DNA from: a bacterium
Lineage (GTDB): Bacteria > Patescibacteriota > Microgenomatia > Levybacterales > UBA12049
Reading direction: 5' to 3'
Assembly (NCBI GenBank): GCA_021813145.1
Contig: JAKALS010000003.1
Location: 105,890 to 169,889 of the forward strand
Length of the DNA stretch: 64,000 nucleotides
The notes under the pieces were generated by a model. That model was not told the DNA's origin. It worked only from the letters and a program-made list of their open reading frames with translations, and searched no databases. Below are positions 30,794 to 43,300 of the stretch, one piece after another. The translations under genes were made by a program, and so were the position numbers. Numbering within the stretch: the first letter of the stretch is position 1; every line of letters begins with the position of its first letter.

Positions 30794-32080
30794 ATGGCTT
30801 ATAAGAAAAAAACACAAACAGAAACTTCAGTGCCTTCTGCCGTCAGCGTTGAAGAAATAATCGGAAAACCTTCGGAAGGGCAAGTACAAACTTCGGCCGG
30901 TGTTTCAAAACACGATACAGGAGAAAGACCTGTTGTACACGTCGAACAAAGGGATTATTATGAACCGCCTGTTGTTCCGACACAGGAGGTTTCCGGAATT
31001 TTGGATATCCAGCCTGAAGGACACGGATTTTTAAGGCCTAAATTCATTCCTTCGCAAAGGGATATTTATATTTCCCAGTCTCAGATCAGAAGATTTATGC
31101 TAAGACCGGGTGATTTTATAGAAGGAGTCGGAAGGCCCCCTAAAGATACGGAAAGATATTTCGGCCTTTTAAAAGTTGAAAAAGTAAACGGAATGGGAGC
31201 AGAGGAATCTCTAAGAAGGCTCTATTTTGACGATCTTACGCCTATATATCCCAAAAAACAGATAGTTCTTTCTACCGGGAAAACTCCGCTTTCTACAAGA
31301 ATAATAGATTTAATAGCGCCGATAGGTTTTGGACAAAGGGGGATGATTGTTTCTCCTCCTAAAGCTGGAAAGACGACCATATTAAAAGAATTGGCGGCCG
31401 GAATTACCGCTAACTTTCCAAAAGCCCATTTGATGGCGGCCTTAATAGGAGAAAGACCGGAGGAAGTAACGGATATAAGGTCTTCGGTTAGGGGAGACGT
31501 TATTGCTTCCAATTTTGACGAACCGCCCGAAAATCAGACAAGAGTTGCGGATATCGCTTTAGAAAGGGCAAAAAGACTTGTCGAAATGGGAATGGATGTA
31601 ATAATCCTTCTGGATTCTGTTACAAGACTTGCAAGAGCTTATAACCTTTCTGTCGCGCCTTCGGGAAGGACTCTTTCGGGAGGATTTGACCCAGCAGCCC
31701 TTTGGCCGGCAAAAAGGTTTTTCGGTGCGGCGAGAAACTGCGAGGAGGGCGGAAGCCTTACCATTATAGGGACGGCGCTTGTTGATACGGGTTCAAGAAT
31801 GGACGACCTTATATACGAAGAGTTTAAAGGAACAGGAAATATGGAGCTTCACCTTGACAGAAAGCTTGCAGAAAAGAGGATTTTTCCGAGCATTGATATA
31901 GAGCGCTCAGGCACAAGGCAGGAAGAGCTAATTATCGAAGAGGCGACACTCAAAAAAATTGTAACAGTCAGAAGGATGCTTTACATGTTAGGCGAAGAGG
32001 AAAGAACCTCGGCTCTCATAGAAAGGCTTTCCAAGAGTTCTACCAACCAGGAATTCCTAGAAACCCTCAGCAAAGCCTAA
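30794..32080 (+). CDS. rho: Transcription termination factor Rho
   Basis: [51 protein letters not shown]. Confidence 0.97.
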   Translation: MAYKKKTQTETSVPSAVSVEEIIGKPSEGQVQTSAGVSKHDTGERPVVHVEQRDYYEPPVVPTQEVSGILDIQPEGHGFLRPKFIPSQRDIYISQSQIRRFMLRPGDFIEGVGRPPKDTERYFGLLKVEKVNGMGAEESLRRLYFDDLTPIYPKKQIVLSTGKTPLSTRIIDLIAPIGFGQRGMIVSPPKAGKTTILKELAAGITANFPKAHLMAALIGERPEEVTDIRSSVRGDVIASNFDEPPENQTRVADIALERAKRLVEMGMDVIILLDSVTRLARAYNLSVAPSGRTLSGGFDPAALWPAKRFFGAARNCEEGGSLTIIGTALVDTGSRMDDLIYEEFKGTGNMELHLDRKLAEKRIFPSIDIERSGTRQEELIIEEATLKKIVTVRRMLYMLGEEERTSALIERLSKSSTNQEFLETLSKA

Positions 32081-32219
32081 AGATTTATCCACCGTTTATC
32101 ATTCAGTTCTTCAAGCCCTAAATATTAAATAAAACGGAGAATGGAAAGTATTTTTGCCTTTTTTGAGGCTAAAAGATTGACAGGGGTATGCTTTTTTTGA
32201 TAAACTTTTCAGTTGTTAC

Positions 32220-33335
32220 ATGCACAAACTCCCTTATTTGCTTGTTGCTCTGGTCAGGCTTAAAGCCGATTTCTCCGGTTTTCTAAATTTCTTCTACAGA
32301 TATTCGGAAAATAAAATTGTAAGACTCTCTTTATTTTTTGAAAAGAATAAGAATATACTTGTAAAGTTTTTTATGATGAAAAGGGGCCGATATAGTCGGC
32401 CTTTTTTGCATTTCGCAACGATAGGTGTTTTGGGGGTAGGAGTAATTTCGGCTCCTTTTTTAGCTTCGACTTACCCGGTTTTTTCCTCAAATAGCTCTTT
32501 AAATACCCAGATAGCTTCGTCTTCCGAACAATCCATTAATGTCGGCGATAACGTTTTTCAAACCGAGGTTTCGCAAAAACCCAGGGACAAGACAATAACC
32601 TATACCGTTCAAAAAGGAGATACTCTTTCTACAATTTCTCAAAAATTCGGAATTTCCGAGGATACCATAAGATGGGCAAATGATTTATCGGATGACACGC
32701 TTAATGTAGGGGACACGCTCAAGATATTACCCGTTACGGGCGTTTCCTATAAAGTCCAAAAAGGAGATACTGTTTATACGATAGCGAAAAAATTTGACAC
32801 AGATCCCCAAAAAATCGTAGATTTTCCTTTTAACGACTTCGCAAATCCCGAAACCTTCTCTTTGGTGGAAGGTCAGATGCTTATAGTTCCCGATGGAATT
32901 CAGCCTGAAGCTCAGCCTTTTGTAAAACACGAAGTTTATATCGCTCAAGGACCTGTTCCCGTTGCTGCGGGAGGATTTACGTGGCCCGTTCATGGAATAA
33001 TTACCCAGTTTGCTTCCTGGTACCACATGGCTTTGGATATTGCGGCCCCTATAGGGACTCCGATTATTGCTGCAAGATCGGGTACCGTAGTTGAGGTAAA
33101 TACGGGAACTTGGGATTACGGTTACGGAAACGATGTAATAATCGACCACGGAGACGGAACAAAAACGCTTTACGCGCACATGTTAAACGTCAATGTAAGC
33201 GTTGGCCAGACGGTAACGGGAGGAAGCAGTGTAATAGGTTGGATCGGTGTCACGGGAAGAACAACAGGGCCCCACGTACATTTTGAAATAAGAAAAGATA
33301 ATGTTCCGGTAAACCCCCTTCCTTATCTGCAGTAA
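32220..33335 (+). CDS. LysM-domain M23 metallopeptidase
   Basis: Two YxVQKGDT LysM repeats; H.ALDIA, YAHM, TGPHVHFE. Confidence 0.92.
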   Translation: MHKLPYLLVALVRLKADFSGFLNFFYRYSENKIVRLSLFFEKNKNILVKFFMMKRGRYSRPFLHFATIGVLGVGVISAPFLASTYPVFSSNSSLNTQIASSSEQSINVGDNVFQTEVSQKPRDKTITYTVQKGDTLSTISQKFGISEDTIRWANDLSDDTLNVGDTLKILPVTGVSYKVQKGDTVYTIAKKFDTDPQKIVDFPFNDFANPETFSLVEGQMLIVPDGIQPEAQPFVKHEVYIAQGPVPVAAGGFTWPVHGIITQFASWYHMALDIAAPIGTPIIAARSGTVVEVNTGTWDYGYGNDVIIDHGDGTKTLYAHMLNVNVSVGQTVTGGSSVIGWIGVTGRTTGPHVHFEIRKDNVPVNPLPYLQ

Positions 33336-33369
33336 TATTCGGTATTTGGTATAATAATCACGCGCAATC

Positions 33370-33440
33370 GGGCTTATAGGTAAATGGTATACCGGCGCAT
33401 TCGCATTGCGCAGTTCCGAGTTCGATTCTCGGTAAGTCCA
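33370..33440 (+). tRNA. tRNA-Ala(CGC)
   Basis: GGGCTTA/TAAGTCC with G3:U70; GCGCA-TTCGCAT-TGCGC. Confidence 0.9.
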
Positions 33441-33501
33441 CAGGTTTCTTTCAATCCTAAAACAATGTTACAGTTTTAACTTAGAAAAAGTAAGATGTAC
33501 A

Positions 33502-33734
33502 GTGCAGTGTAGAGCGGATCAAAATATTAATAATTTAGAGCTATATTGGATGAAAATAACGGGTATTCCCAAAAGACTATTTTATAAAACAAGAATAGAT
33601 TCAAGAACTGTAGGTAAACCTACTTTAAAAAAAGATTACAAAGGAGTACTTAGGGTAGATTATTTTGACACAAAAGTTCAACTCGATCTGGAATCATTAG
33701 CAGATTTAATATATAATCGGTTGGTCATAAAAAA
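33502..33734 (+). pseudogene. C-terminal remnant of a tRNA-associated endonuclease-like hypothetical gene
   Basis: LELYWMKITGIP...FYKT...YKGVLRV resembles CPR tRNA-adjacent proteins; no proper 5' part. Confidence 0.5.
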
Positions 33735-33807
33735 GGGCCCGTAGCGTAACGGTTATCGCGCTTCGATGGCATCGAAGAGGTTAGGGGTTCGATTCCCCTC
33801 GGGTCCA
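33735..33807 (+). tRNA. tRNA-Ala(GGC)
   Basis: GGGCCCG/CGGGTCC; CTTCG-ATGGCAT-CGAAG with the A32-U38 typical of this isoacceptor. Confidence 0.93.
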
Positions 33808-33914
33808 CAGATGTCTAACAGCAGATATTTCCAGCCTAAAATACGGCTTTATTTACCGTTACCGATCTATCTCATCCAGATCTGGGAAGGATTTCATCCA
33901 AAGAGCAAGAGAAT

Positions 33915-34228
33915 ATTTTCCTTTTCCTGTTCAGGCAATTAATACCGATAATGGTTCAGAATATCTATTAGAATTTCATAAAGAGATTGAGGCTTGGGGT
34001 ACTCCTCACTATTTTACAAATCCCCATACACCACAACAAAACTCAAGAGTTGAAAGATTCCATCAAACAGCAGGGTATGAATATTTTAACTATCAGGATT
34101 TATTTGAAGAATGAGAATACTTAAGGGGATTATGCATGGAATTTAATACCAAATACAATACTAAAGGATACCATCAGTCTTTGGGATACAAAACTCCCTT
34201 ACAGGTTGTGTTAGTGTACCAAAGATAG
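33915..34228 (+). pseudogene. IS481/IS3-like DDE transposase remnant (integrase core)
   Basis: Manual translation FPFPVQAINTDNGSEYL...PHTPQQNSRVERFHQT then a stop; downstream YNTKGYHQSLGYKTP. Confidence 0.8.
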
Positions 34229-34476
34229 AAAGGATAACTACCGTTCTCTATCTAGGGTGCCAGCACAATAATTTGCATATTGGCCTCTCTTGCTTTATAC
34301 TATAAAGGAATGATCAAAGGGGACAACTCCTCGCTCTCTTCTGAATAAAGGAGAAAGGAAGTCCGAAATAAGATGAAATTCAGAGGGGAGGTGAAAAACT
34401 CAGTAAATTAGCATACAGCAGACGGCAAGTGGCATAACCATAAGCCGTCAGCAATTAGCTATTTCTCCATATATAA

Positions 34477-34770
34477 ATGGCATTTCAAGATAAAACATTA
34501 ACTTGCAGAGATTGCGGAAAAGAATTTACATGGACTGCATCCGAGCAGGAATTTTACCAGAAAAAAGGTTTTGAAAACGCACCGGTACGATGTCCTTCGT
34601 GCAGAGCTTTAAAAAAAGCAAGAATGAACGACGACAGAGGACCCAGGCAGATGTTTGAAATAACCTGCGCAGAATGCGGTAAAAAAGATACGGTACCTTT
34701 CCAGCCGAAAGGTGACAGACCGGTACTTTGCAGAGATTGCTTCAGGAAAGAAAGATCTGCAACAGCATAA
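34477..34770 (+). CDS. Zinc-ribbon / CxxC-x17-CxxC domain protein
   Basis: DKTLTCRDCG.EF.....EQEFY, P.RCPSCR, CAECG...VPFQP..DRPVLCRDCF. Confidence 0.9.
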   Translation: MAFQDKTLTCRDCGKEFTWTASEQEFYQKKGFENAPVRCPSCRALKKARMNDDRGPRQMFEITCAECGKKDTVPFQPKGDRPVLCRDCFRKERSATA

Positions 34771-35025
34771 AGATAAAGTATTAGGTAGTAAATATTAAGC
34801 AAAAGGCAAGTGATTGCCGTTTTGCTTTGAAATATCAGGATTTATTCTCCTCATTTTTCCCGTACTATTAGCTTTAGATTGTTTTTTGCGTGGAAAAGAT
34901 CTTGCCGGCCCCTGCTTCACACATTGAAACTTTCCTTTACTTAAGTTTTCAACTATCAGACTGCGGCGGACTGCATTTAAAAGGATAAAACGAAACCAAT
35001 GATATTTAATAAGTAATCAAAGAAT

Positions 35026-37167
35026 TTATGGGGTAGCCGTGGGCTTAGGTGTTGCCGTTGCTTTTGGCGAAGAAGACGGAGTGGGTATAGGAGAAGGCGA
35101 TATCGAAGGTCCGGGAATTTTTACCGGTTCTTTAAGCCCCGCGGGAAGAGCAGATGTAGGAGTGGCGCTTGGAACGGGTGTAGGATTTGCTTTCTGATTT
35201 ATTTCTGCCTGAAGATTCTTTATCTCGCTGTTTATTTGAGCGGTATTTGTAGGATCACTTGCGACTAATGTTTTTACTGTCTGAAACTGGGCCAGTGCTC
35301 CTTTTAAGTCTCCCATTTGTATTAAAGTGTGTCCCAGATTGTAATATGCGTTTGCATAATCGGGTTTTAAGTTTATAGCCTGTTGAAACATCTGTTGTGC
35401 CTTATCCCATTGGTTGAGCTGATAATATATTCCCCCAAGGTTTATATATTCCTGAGGATTATTCGGGTCAAGATTTACTGCCTGTTGTGCGGCAAGAATT
35501 GCAAAGGAGTCGGCATTTTGTCCAAATCCGATAAGGCTTCTATAGACACTCGAAAGATTTTGCCAGTCAACTGCTGTTTGCGGGGCTATTGTCGTTGCTT
35601 GCCTTGCCGAATTTATCGATTGCTGTATTAAAGTATAAACAGTCTGCGTTACGTTTGCGCTGGGAGTTGATCCCTGGGGAACTGAGCTGGCAAGAGAGTT
35701 AGCAAGCGATAGGTTTGTCTGCGAAAAAATTCTGTAGTAAGCATCGTTGTAAGGGAAAAGTTGTATAGCATTTTTTTCCAATGTATAAGTTTGAGAGCCG
35801 TTGTTCTGCGAAGCAGATACCAGGGATTGCTGAAACTGGGTATTGGATACGAAATATTCTCCGCTAATAACTCCAAGGCCTATTACCAACAGTGCGATAA
35901 TTACGAATATTCCAAGCGGAAGAAGTTTTGAAAGTCCGTCCGTCTTTACCCTTTTTTCTTCGTCTGCAGGGAGAAGAGAAATGATGCCTTTCTTAAGGGC
36001 TACAAGCTGCAGCTCGACATCAAAATATCTGTTCTCGTTATCAAGAGCTTGTACCGAGGCATAGAGCCCTAATAATAAAATTAGCAATGCCTGTATGGTA
36101 AAAGAAAAGGGAAGCACAAAGCTTGCCGCAAGAGCCAGAATTAACGGGATGAATAGAGGCCTTTCCTTAATTATTTTATAGGCAAGGAATAAATAAGCCA
36201 ACAACCCCAATATTCCGGTTGTTGCCAAAAGCTCGAGTACAAAAGATGAGCTTCTAAAAAATGTCAAAGACCAAAGATTTGGATACAAATTAAAACTTGC
36301 CTGTTTAAATCTTGAAAAGACTACTCCGTAGTTACCGAATCCCGAACCAAAAAGAAAGCCCTGGATTATTCTTCCGCTGTCCTGCGAAATTGCCGCAAAA
36401 GCCGTTTGAAAGCCTGTTTCAAAAGGAAGAAGAACCGGATTTTGGAGAAAAATAAGTTCGTATAGGGTTACTATAAATCCTGCCAGTAATATAATAGTAC
36501 TTACTCCGAATCCGGCCAATTTTGCCAAATCCGAGCGTTTTGCAGTTTCCACCTCGTTTGCCTGTTTTCTTTGAGTCCTGTAAGCCATTACAAAAGGGTA
36601 AGTAAGGTAAGCCGCAAGGGGAAGGATAAGTCCCACATAAAGTCCCTGGTCCAAAAGGGCACCTAAGGTTGAAAATGTCTGCGAGTGGGCAACTGTTCCG
36701 GGAAGAACATATATTTTTAAGAATGAAAGGATTCCTACAACCGAAGTTAACAAAGCTCCTCCGATAAGAGCGGAGAGAAGGAAAAGCACCGAGTTTTTTG
36801 TTTTTGCGGTATTAACTAAAGCAAAATAGGCAAACACCGCAAAAAGGAAAGGTACAAAAGAAATAAATGCATCTACCTGGTTAACCGCGAATATTGCCGA
36901 AAGAAGGACTGCTATTGTTAAAAGAACCACCGGCAAATCAAAGGGGTTTCTTCTTATGACAACTTTATTATTCAAAAGGCTTTTTGCTCCGTAGAGGAGA
37001 AGTACCAAAAGGGAAACTCCTCCCAAGAGCGCCTGTTTTGAAAGAGTGAATACGTCTGTTGTCTGGGAAGTGAAGATAAGGGGAAAAGCTAACAATAACA
37101 ATCCTAATAATCCTAAGGATGCCTTATCTATAAATTCGTTTATCTTTAATTTTTTTTCAGCGTTCAT
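35026..37167 (-). CDS. Polytopic membrane protein with O-antigen-ligase-like region and C-terminal TPRs
   Basis: More than 10 TMs, LFGSGFGNY, LELLATTGILG; TPRs (AINLKPDYANAYYNLG); Pro/Thr tail. Confidence 0.75.
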   Translation of the reverse strand: MNAEKKLKINEFIDKASLGLLGLLLLAFPLIFTSQTTDVFTLSKQALLGGVSLLVLLLYGAKSLLNNKVVIRRNPFDLPVVLLTIAVLLSAIFAVNQVDAFISFVPFLFAVFAYFALVNTAKTKNSVLFLLSALIGGALLTSVVGILSFLKIYVLPGTVAHSQTFSTLGALLDQGLYVGLILPLAAYLTYPFVMAYRTQRKQANEVETAKRSDLAKLAGFGVSTIILLAGFIVTLYELIFLQNPVLLPFETGFQTAFAAISQDSGRIIQGFLFGSGFGNYGVVFSRFKQASFNLYPNLWSLTFFRSSSFVLELLATTGILGLLAYLFLAYKIIKERPLFIPLILALAASFVLPFSFTIQALLILLLGLYASVQALDNENRYFDVELQLVALKKGIISLLPADEEKRVKTDGLSKLLPLGIFVIIALLVIGLGVISGEYFVSNTQFQQSLVSASQNNGSQTYTLEKNAIQLFPYNDAYYRIFSQTNLSLANSLASSVPQGSTPSANVTQTVYTLIQQSINSARQATTIAPQTAVDWQNLSSVYRSLIGFGQNADSFAILAAQQAVNLDPNNPQEYINLGGIYYQLNQWDKAQQMFQQAINLKPDYANAYYNLGHTLIQMGDLKGALAQFQTVKTLVASDPTNTAQINSEIKNLQAEINQKANPTPVPSATPTSALPAGLKEPVKIPGPSISPSPIPTPSSSPKATATPKPTATP

Positions 37168-37368
37168 TTTTTGTCCAACTTATTTTTAAATTGTCCAAGT
37201 TTTATCTTGATTTTTAGAATCTTCTAAAAATAGCTTACTATCCTAAGTTAGCAACTACAAAATATATTGTCAAGGAGTAAAAGCTGCTTTGCAGCATTTT
37301 ACAAATTAGCATTTGTTAAAACGAATTACCAATAGACTTTTATAAATTTTGAATTATAAATTTCAAAT

Positions 37369-40300
37369 TTAGTTAATAATAAGGAAATTAAACTTAATGT
37401 CTCCCGGCGCGAATCCGCTTGCACCTACCGTAAACGAGCCTTTAACTCCATTTACTGTATCGTTTGGAACCTGTTTTAACAGATAAATATTCTGGTTTGT
37501 TCCCACGGGTGTTATGTATATAAGCGAATTTGCCGTAACCAGCGGGTCGTCAACGGTAACCTGGGTTTGATATGCATTTATCTGTGCAGTTCCTGCAGAA
37601 CCTGTTGCGACAACTTCTGTACTCGATAATGCCATTGCCGGCTGTATAAAGTTGAGGTTGAGTTTTCCAAATGTTGCAGTTCCTGATGCCATTAGGTCCC
37701 CGTTTTGGTCAAGACTCAAAACTCCCGCTCCACTCGCATTCTGAATTCTGAATTTTGAATTATAAATCGGGTTGGCGGAATCCGAGGCAAGATTGATGCT
37801 AAGGTCATTGCCGGGTATAGGGGATATTATGTTGGTTGAAAGTTTGCCTTTAACGGTAACATTTTTAGCAAACATGGCATCCCCGCCTACGTTTACGTTT
37901 CCGTTTGTATCTATATAGAATAATCCTGCCATTACCGAAAGTCCACCCTGTCGAAGCGGCTGGAGCTGCAAATCCGAACCCAAGACATTAATGGAGTTAC
38001 TGGCAAGCGTAAGGCTTCCTCCTACGGAGAATTGTCCTACAACCGATATGTCGGAGAAGCTGGAAGGGCCAAGAGCCATAAGCCCCTGAGTAAATGTTGC
38101 TGTTTGCGCATTTAAATTGCCCACATTTGCCAAAAGACCCGACATTGTGGAGACGTCGATGAAATTAGTATCGGGCATTAAGTAGTTAGTATTAAGCGAA
38201 CCGGAAGGAGTAGCCATACTTAACGCTTGATTTGCGCTACTTACTGCCGGGCTTGCCGATGGGGTACTATTATAATAGTAGTTATTAACAATTGTTGAAC
38301 TTGATGTAGCGGTAGGCAAGCCCTCAATTTCTGATGCCAATATCTTTCCCGCATGCAAAGTTCCTGAAATTGTCGCATCACCAAACTGACCGCTTGTTGC
38401 CGACAGCTGACCGCTAAAAGTGGCATTGCCCTGGTTATCGATGCTCGCTACAGCAGAGCCGCTTGCAGAATTACTATTTACTATAGACAATTTATTATTT
38501 TCCAGTTTAAGAGCTATTGCCGAACCGGAAGCAATGGGGGATATCAAATTGGTATGAACAGTATCAATCTGAGCTATTGGTGATACAATCTGGTTTGCAT
38601 TTAGGATATTGGTTGTTACCGCATCGGCCAGAACATTGGAGGCATTCAGGGCTCCGACTCGAAGATTTCCTATTACTGCCGAAGCAAATACACCGGTGTT
38701 ATCTATGGTATTGCCGAGGTTATCGGCAACTACAAAAGCCGAGCCGGTTGCTGAGTTAATTACAAAATTTCCTATTCCTCCGGCTGCAGTTATTATTGCA
38801 GGAGTCGGGTCGTAGAACCCGGGATTTACATAAACCAGTATTGTTCCCTCACAAGCCGATTGAACGGATGGGACAATTCCGAAGTTGGCAGAGTTTGTAG
38901 CAGATAAACTAACGCTTTCTGTGCATTTAGAAGAGTCAAAACTTTCAAGTGCTTTTCCGACTATTTGTCCGGGTTCGGTTGCTTTCATTCCGACTCCGGG
39001 AATTTGAGATGAGGTAATTGGGTCTCCCACTTTAATTGGACCGTTGATTGTCGAAACATTAGTAGGAACACGGCCCATAAGCGCAATCGGGTATCCGTTT
39101 GGAACACTATCCGTTCCAATTACCATTCCAGGATTAGTAGAGACAATTCCTACAATCGATTTATCATAAGAAGTAGTCGCCATTACTGCGGAAGGAAGTG
39201 AGGGAGAGGAAGGATCGGCGGAAACTATTTCTCCCGGTTGCAAATTCTGGGAAGATGCGTAATTTTCTGCGTAATCTGCGCCAAGTCCTGACCCGGCCGT
39301 GCTTAAATCAACATCGGGAAGATTTAAAATTTCATTTACTCCATTGGCATACACCACCTCTAAAGTCTCATTGTTTACATATGCAGTCGCCGAAGTTTGA
39401 CCAGCTGAAATACATGTATAAAGAGTAATATTGCCGTTATAGCCAAGATGGCCCAACTCTGTCGGAGAAGCACTGCCTACATCAAGGTTAATATAAGAAG
39501 TAATATAGGTATTTGCAGATGATGTATCTTGGAATCTCTGAACACAGTTAGAACTGGTTGATAAAGCAATGTTTGTTATACTAGCACCTGAGTAGTAGCT
39601 GCCGGCAACGGCTGCTTGGAGGTTCACTCTTTTTACTATCCTGTCTCCCGTTACGCTTATAGTCCAAGTCTTGACAGCGACATAACTCTGGCTGGTTGTA
39701 GTATAGGTATTATTGTCTGTTGATGGGGCACGGGTTAGGGGTAATGCGATAGGCTCATACACCACCTCTAAAGTCTCATTGTTTACATATGCAGTCGCCG
39801 AAGTTTGACCAGCTGAAATACATGTATAAAGAGTAATATTGCCGTTATAGCCAAGATGGCCCAACTCTGTCGGAGAAGCACTGCCTACATCAAGGTTAAT
39901 ATAAGAAGTAATATAGGTATTTGCAGATGATGTATCTTGGAATCTCTGAACACAGTTAGAACTGGTTGATAAAGCAATGTTTGTTATACTAGCACCTGAG
40001 TAGTAGCTGCCGGCAACGGCTGCTTGGAGGTTCACTCTTTTTACTATCCTGTCTCCCGTTACGCTTATAGTCCAAGTCTTGACAGCGATATAAGAGGTGC
40101 TGGTTGTAGTATAGGTATTATTGTCTGTTGATGGGGCACGGGTTCCGCCGCCTTTTACAAAATTATCAGACGTATTTATAGATCCTCCTTGTACATCTAG
40201 TTTATAAGCAGGGGTATTTGTTCCTACCCCTACGCTTCCAAATATTGCTCCTGCTGTTGCGGTTGCGGCGGGGTCAAGGAAATAGGTCGGATTATTTATA

Positions 40301-43300
40301 TCGTAGAAAGAGCTGGCGTAGAATGAACCGTCGTTTTTAAGGTAAGCCTGGGTAAGCCCCGAAGCGGAAGCGGAGAAAATATTACCGCTATTCAATTGAT
40401 TTAGAGTTAAAAGATCATTGGAACCGTAACCGCCGGTAACTTGAAGATTGGCTGTAGGGGCAGTAGTGCCGATTCCAACAAGCCCAGTGTTTGTTATCGC
40501 AAGCCTATTTTCATTGTTGGTATAAAGATCCAACCCGTTTTGATTGCCTCCGCTGGTCCTTTTAGAGCCTATGCCTTCTCCGCTGGAATTTCCTCCAAAC
40601 TGAAGAAAATTTGAAGTGGTACCATTGTTTACACCCAAACTATCAACTATTGTTGTGCCGTTTATCCAAAGATTACCTGTTCCACTACCTCCTCCATCTA
40701 TTCTTAAAGTATTTGAAACAGAGCCGACTCTTGTTATCCCCGAATCAAGTGGGCTTGAGCCTCCGGGTCCAAATTGGATTCCGGACCATCCGGGTATTTG
40801 TACATTGGGAGTTGTATCAGAGCCCGTGTAGCTTGCAAATGCTGTATACCCGTTGTTGGGATTGTTCGCAACGAATGAAGTGAAGTTTTTGCCTGCTCCG
40901 TTTCCATTAAATCCTCCTGCGTTTACAATTCCGTTTACATCAAGAGGATAAGCGGGTAAGGTTGTTCCGATCCCGACGTTACCCGTACTGTTTTGAATTC
41001 TCATCCTTTCACTGGAGGCAGTAAAAAATTGCATGTCATAATTGTTTCCAGATAAAACCTGGATATATTCTCCGGAACCCGGCCCCAAATGTAATGCCTG
41101 TTGCGATCTTACTGTTCCGTTTACATCAAGTTGGTAGGAGGGGGTTGTTGTAAGGTTAATTCCTACCTGGCCACCTCTCGGTTGTAATAAAAGAGGAACA
41201 TAAGATCCTGTCTTTGTAGACTCTATAAATCCGTAATTGTTATTACCGTCATAGCTTAAATATAAACTTTGACCTCCTGTTCCCGTTGTAATATCCAGCA
41301 TACTTGAGCTTTTTTCTGAGGTTGTTGACACTGGGCTATTGGCTACTACGGTTAAGGCGGCGGTTGGGGTAGTGGTTCCTATCCCTAATAATCCGCCCCA
41401 GCCGTTGTTTGGCATTACAACAAGATTTCCGCTAACTGATGCTACCGTATGACCTGTTTCTATTCCCGTAAAAGAAAACAGAGCGGAAGATGTGGCAGTT
41501 GAACCCAAAAGGAAATCATCCGTAGTATTAACCGGAGAAAGTGATCCTCCTAGCTCATTCCACCAATTAACGCCGGCCGTGCTGGAGCATGTTCCGCTTC
41601 CGGTAACTATTCCTCCGACTGTATTTATACAAGACGCATTAGTTAGAGTTTGCCCTGTACTGGAACCGGTTTTATATGTTGTAGCATATATGTTTCTAAA
41701 TTGATAAGAAGAACTACCCAAGTCAACTGCATTATTTGCGGACGGATAAATAGCTGCTCCGACGGTTCCGTTATTAGGGGAGAGAATTATATTCCCCGTT
41801 GTGTTTCCACCTAGAGTTAAGAGTTGGTTAACGGTAGATTGTATCTGTGCAGTCCCGCTTCTAAATGTAAGTTGTCCTCCAACGCTTGCCGCACCATTAA
41901 CATCTAAAGTTGCGGTAGGAACTGTGCCAATTCCAAACTGGCCTGTACTTGTAAATACACCCTGTTGTACTCCTCCCGGAGTAAATATGAGTGAACCAGT
42001 GCCTTGTGCTTTTAATTCAAGATTTGCATTTGTATCTGATTGAATTTGCGCCCATGTTCCGCGTATATTTAATTGGTTATTTATACTCGTTAATCCATTG
42101 ACATCAAGGGTTACACCCGGAGCAGGACTTGTGGTATTTATTCCTATCTGTCCTCCGTAGCCGTTGTTTGGCATTACGATAAGCTGCCCGCTGACAGAAG
42201 CTATCGTATGACCGCTTTGTATTCCAGTATAGGAAAACAGGGCAGAGGAAGTTGAATTTCCTCCGATTGCAAAATCATAAAGGTTGCCCACGGGATAAAT
42301 AAGTCCTCCTGTTTGGTTCCACCAGTCGACTCCAAATCCCGGACATGAACCCGTTCCCGTAACGATTCCTCCGACAGTATTTACACATGAAGCATTTGTA
42401 TACGTCTGTCCGGCACTAGACCCCGAGTTATAGGTGTTGGCATAGATGTTTCTCCAATTTAATGAGGAAATACCCAAATCTGTGACATTGTTAGCTCCCG
42501 GGACCACATTAGAACCGGCAACGCTATTGGTAGGGGCAAGAGTTATATTACCGGTTTTTGATCCTCCTATTGTTAATCCCTGGTTTTTTGTAGTTTGAAT
42601 AGAAGCTGCGGAGGAGTCAAGCGTAAGACTTCCCGAAACGCTTGCCACCTGGTTTCCTCTCGAAAGACTGTTGTTTAAGATTTCAAAAGTAGCAGACGCT
42701 GAAGATTGTCCTCCTACCAAAAAGTCAACACCCGAATTGTTGGGAAAAAGTATTCCTCCGTTTGTACCTGAAGTCTGGTTCCAGTATAAATCATAGGCGG
42801 GGGCAGTGGCGGGACATGTTCCTGTTCCCGTTACTATTCCTCCTGTAGTATTTACACAGGCATTGGTAAGAGTTAAGCCTTGAGTACCGTTTACTCTATA
42901 CACACCCGAAATATTAACGTTTCCGGAGTTGTCTACGGTGAATCTGGCATTCCCCGAAGCGGAAGCGCTAACGATTGGCCCTGAGCCGTTTTGGTTGATA
43001 GTAAGGGCCGATTGGCCGCTGCTGGTAGCTAAAATTGCAGCCAAACCGTCAATTTCTACCGCCCCCTTGGCGGTCGATATATTGTTATTGTTTGATGTAT
43101 TAACGAGTGGTTTATTTAAAGCAATCTGTCCTAACCCGTCCGGGGTAATATTGACGTTTGCGTTGCTCCCGGCATTTGTCGTTAAGAGTAAAGGCTGGCC
43201 AGAAACCGCAAATTGGCCGCCTGTTGCCTGGAAAGTGGGATTAGCGCTTCCTCCTATGCTTAAGTTTCCGTTTGAATCCAGAGCAAGAACTACATTGCTG

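Noticed and set aside
39348-40144. Possible DGR template/variable repeat pair
   Set aside because: Differences are not adenine-specific on either strand, both copies are in frame in one gene, and no reverse transcriptase is in the window
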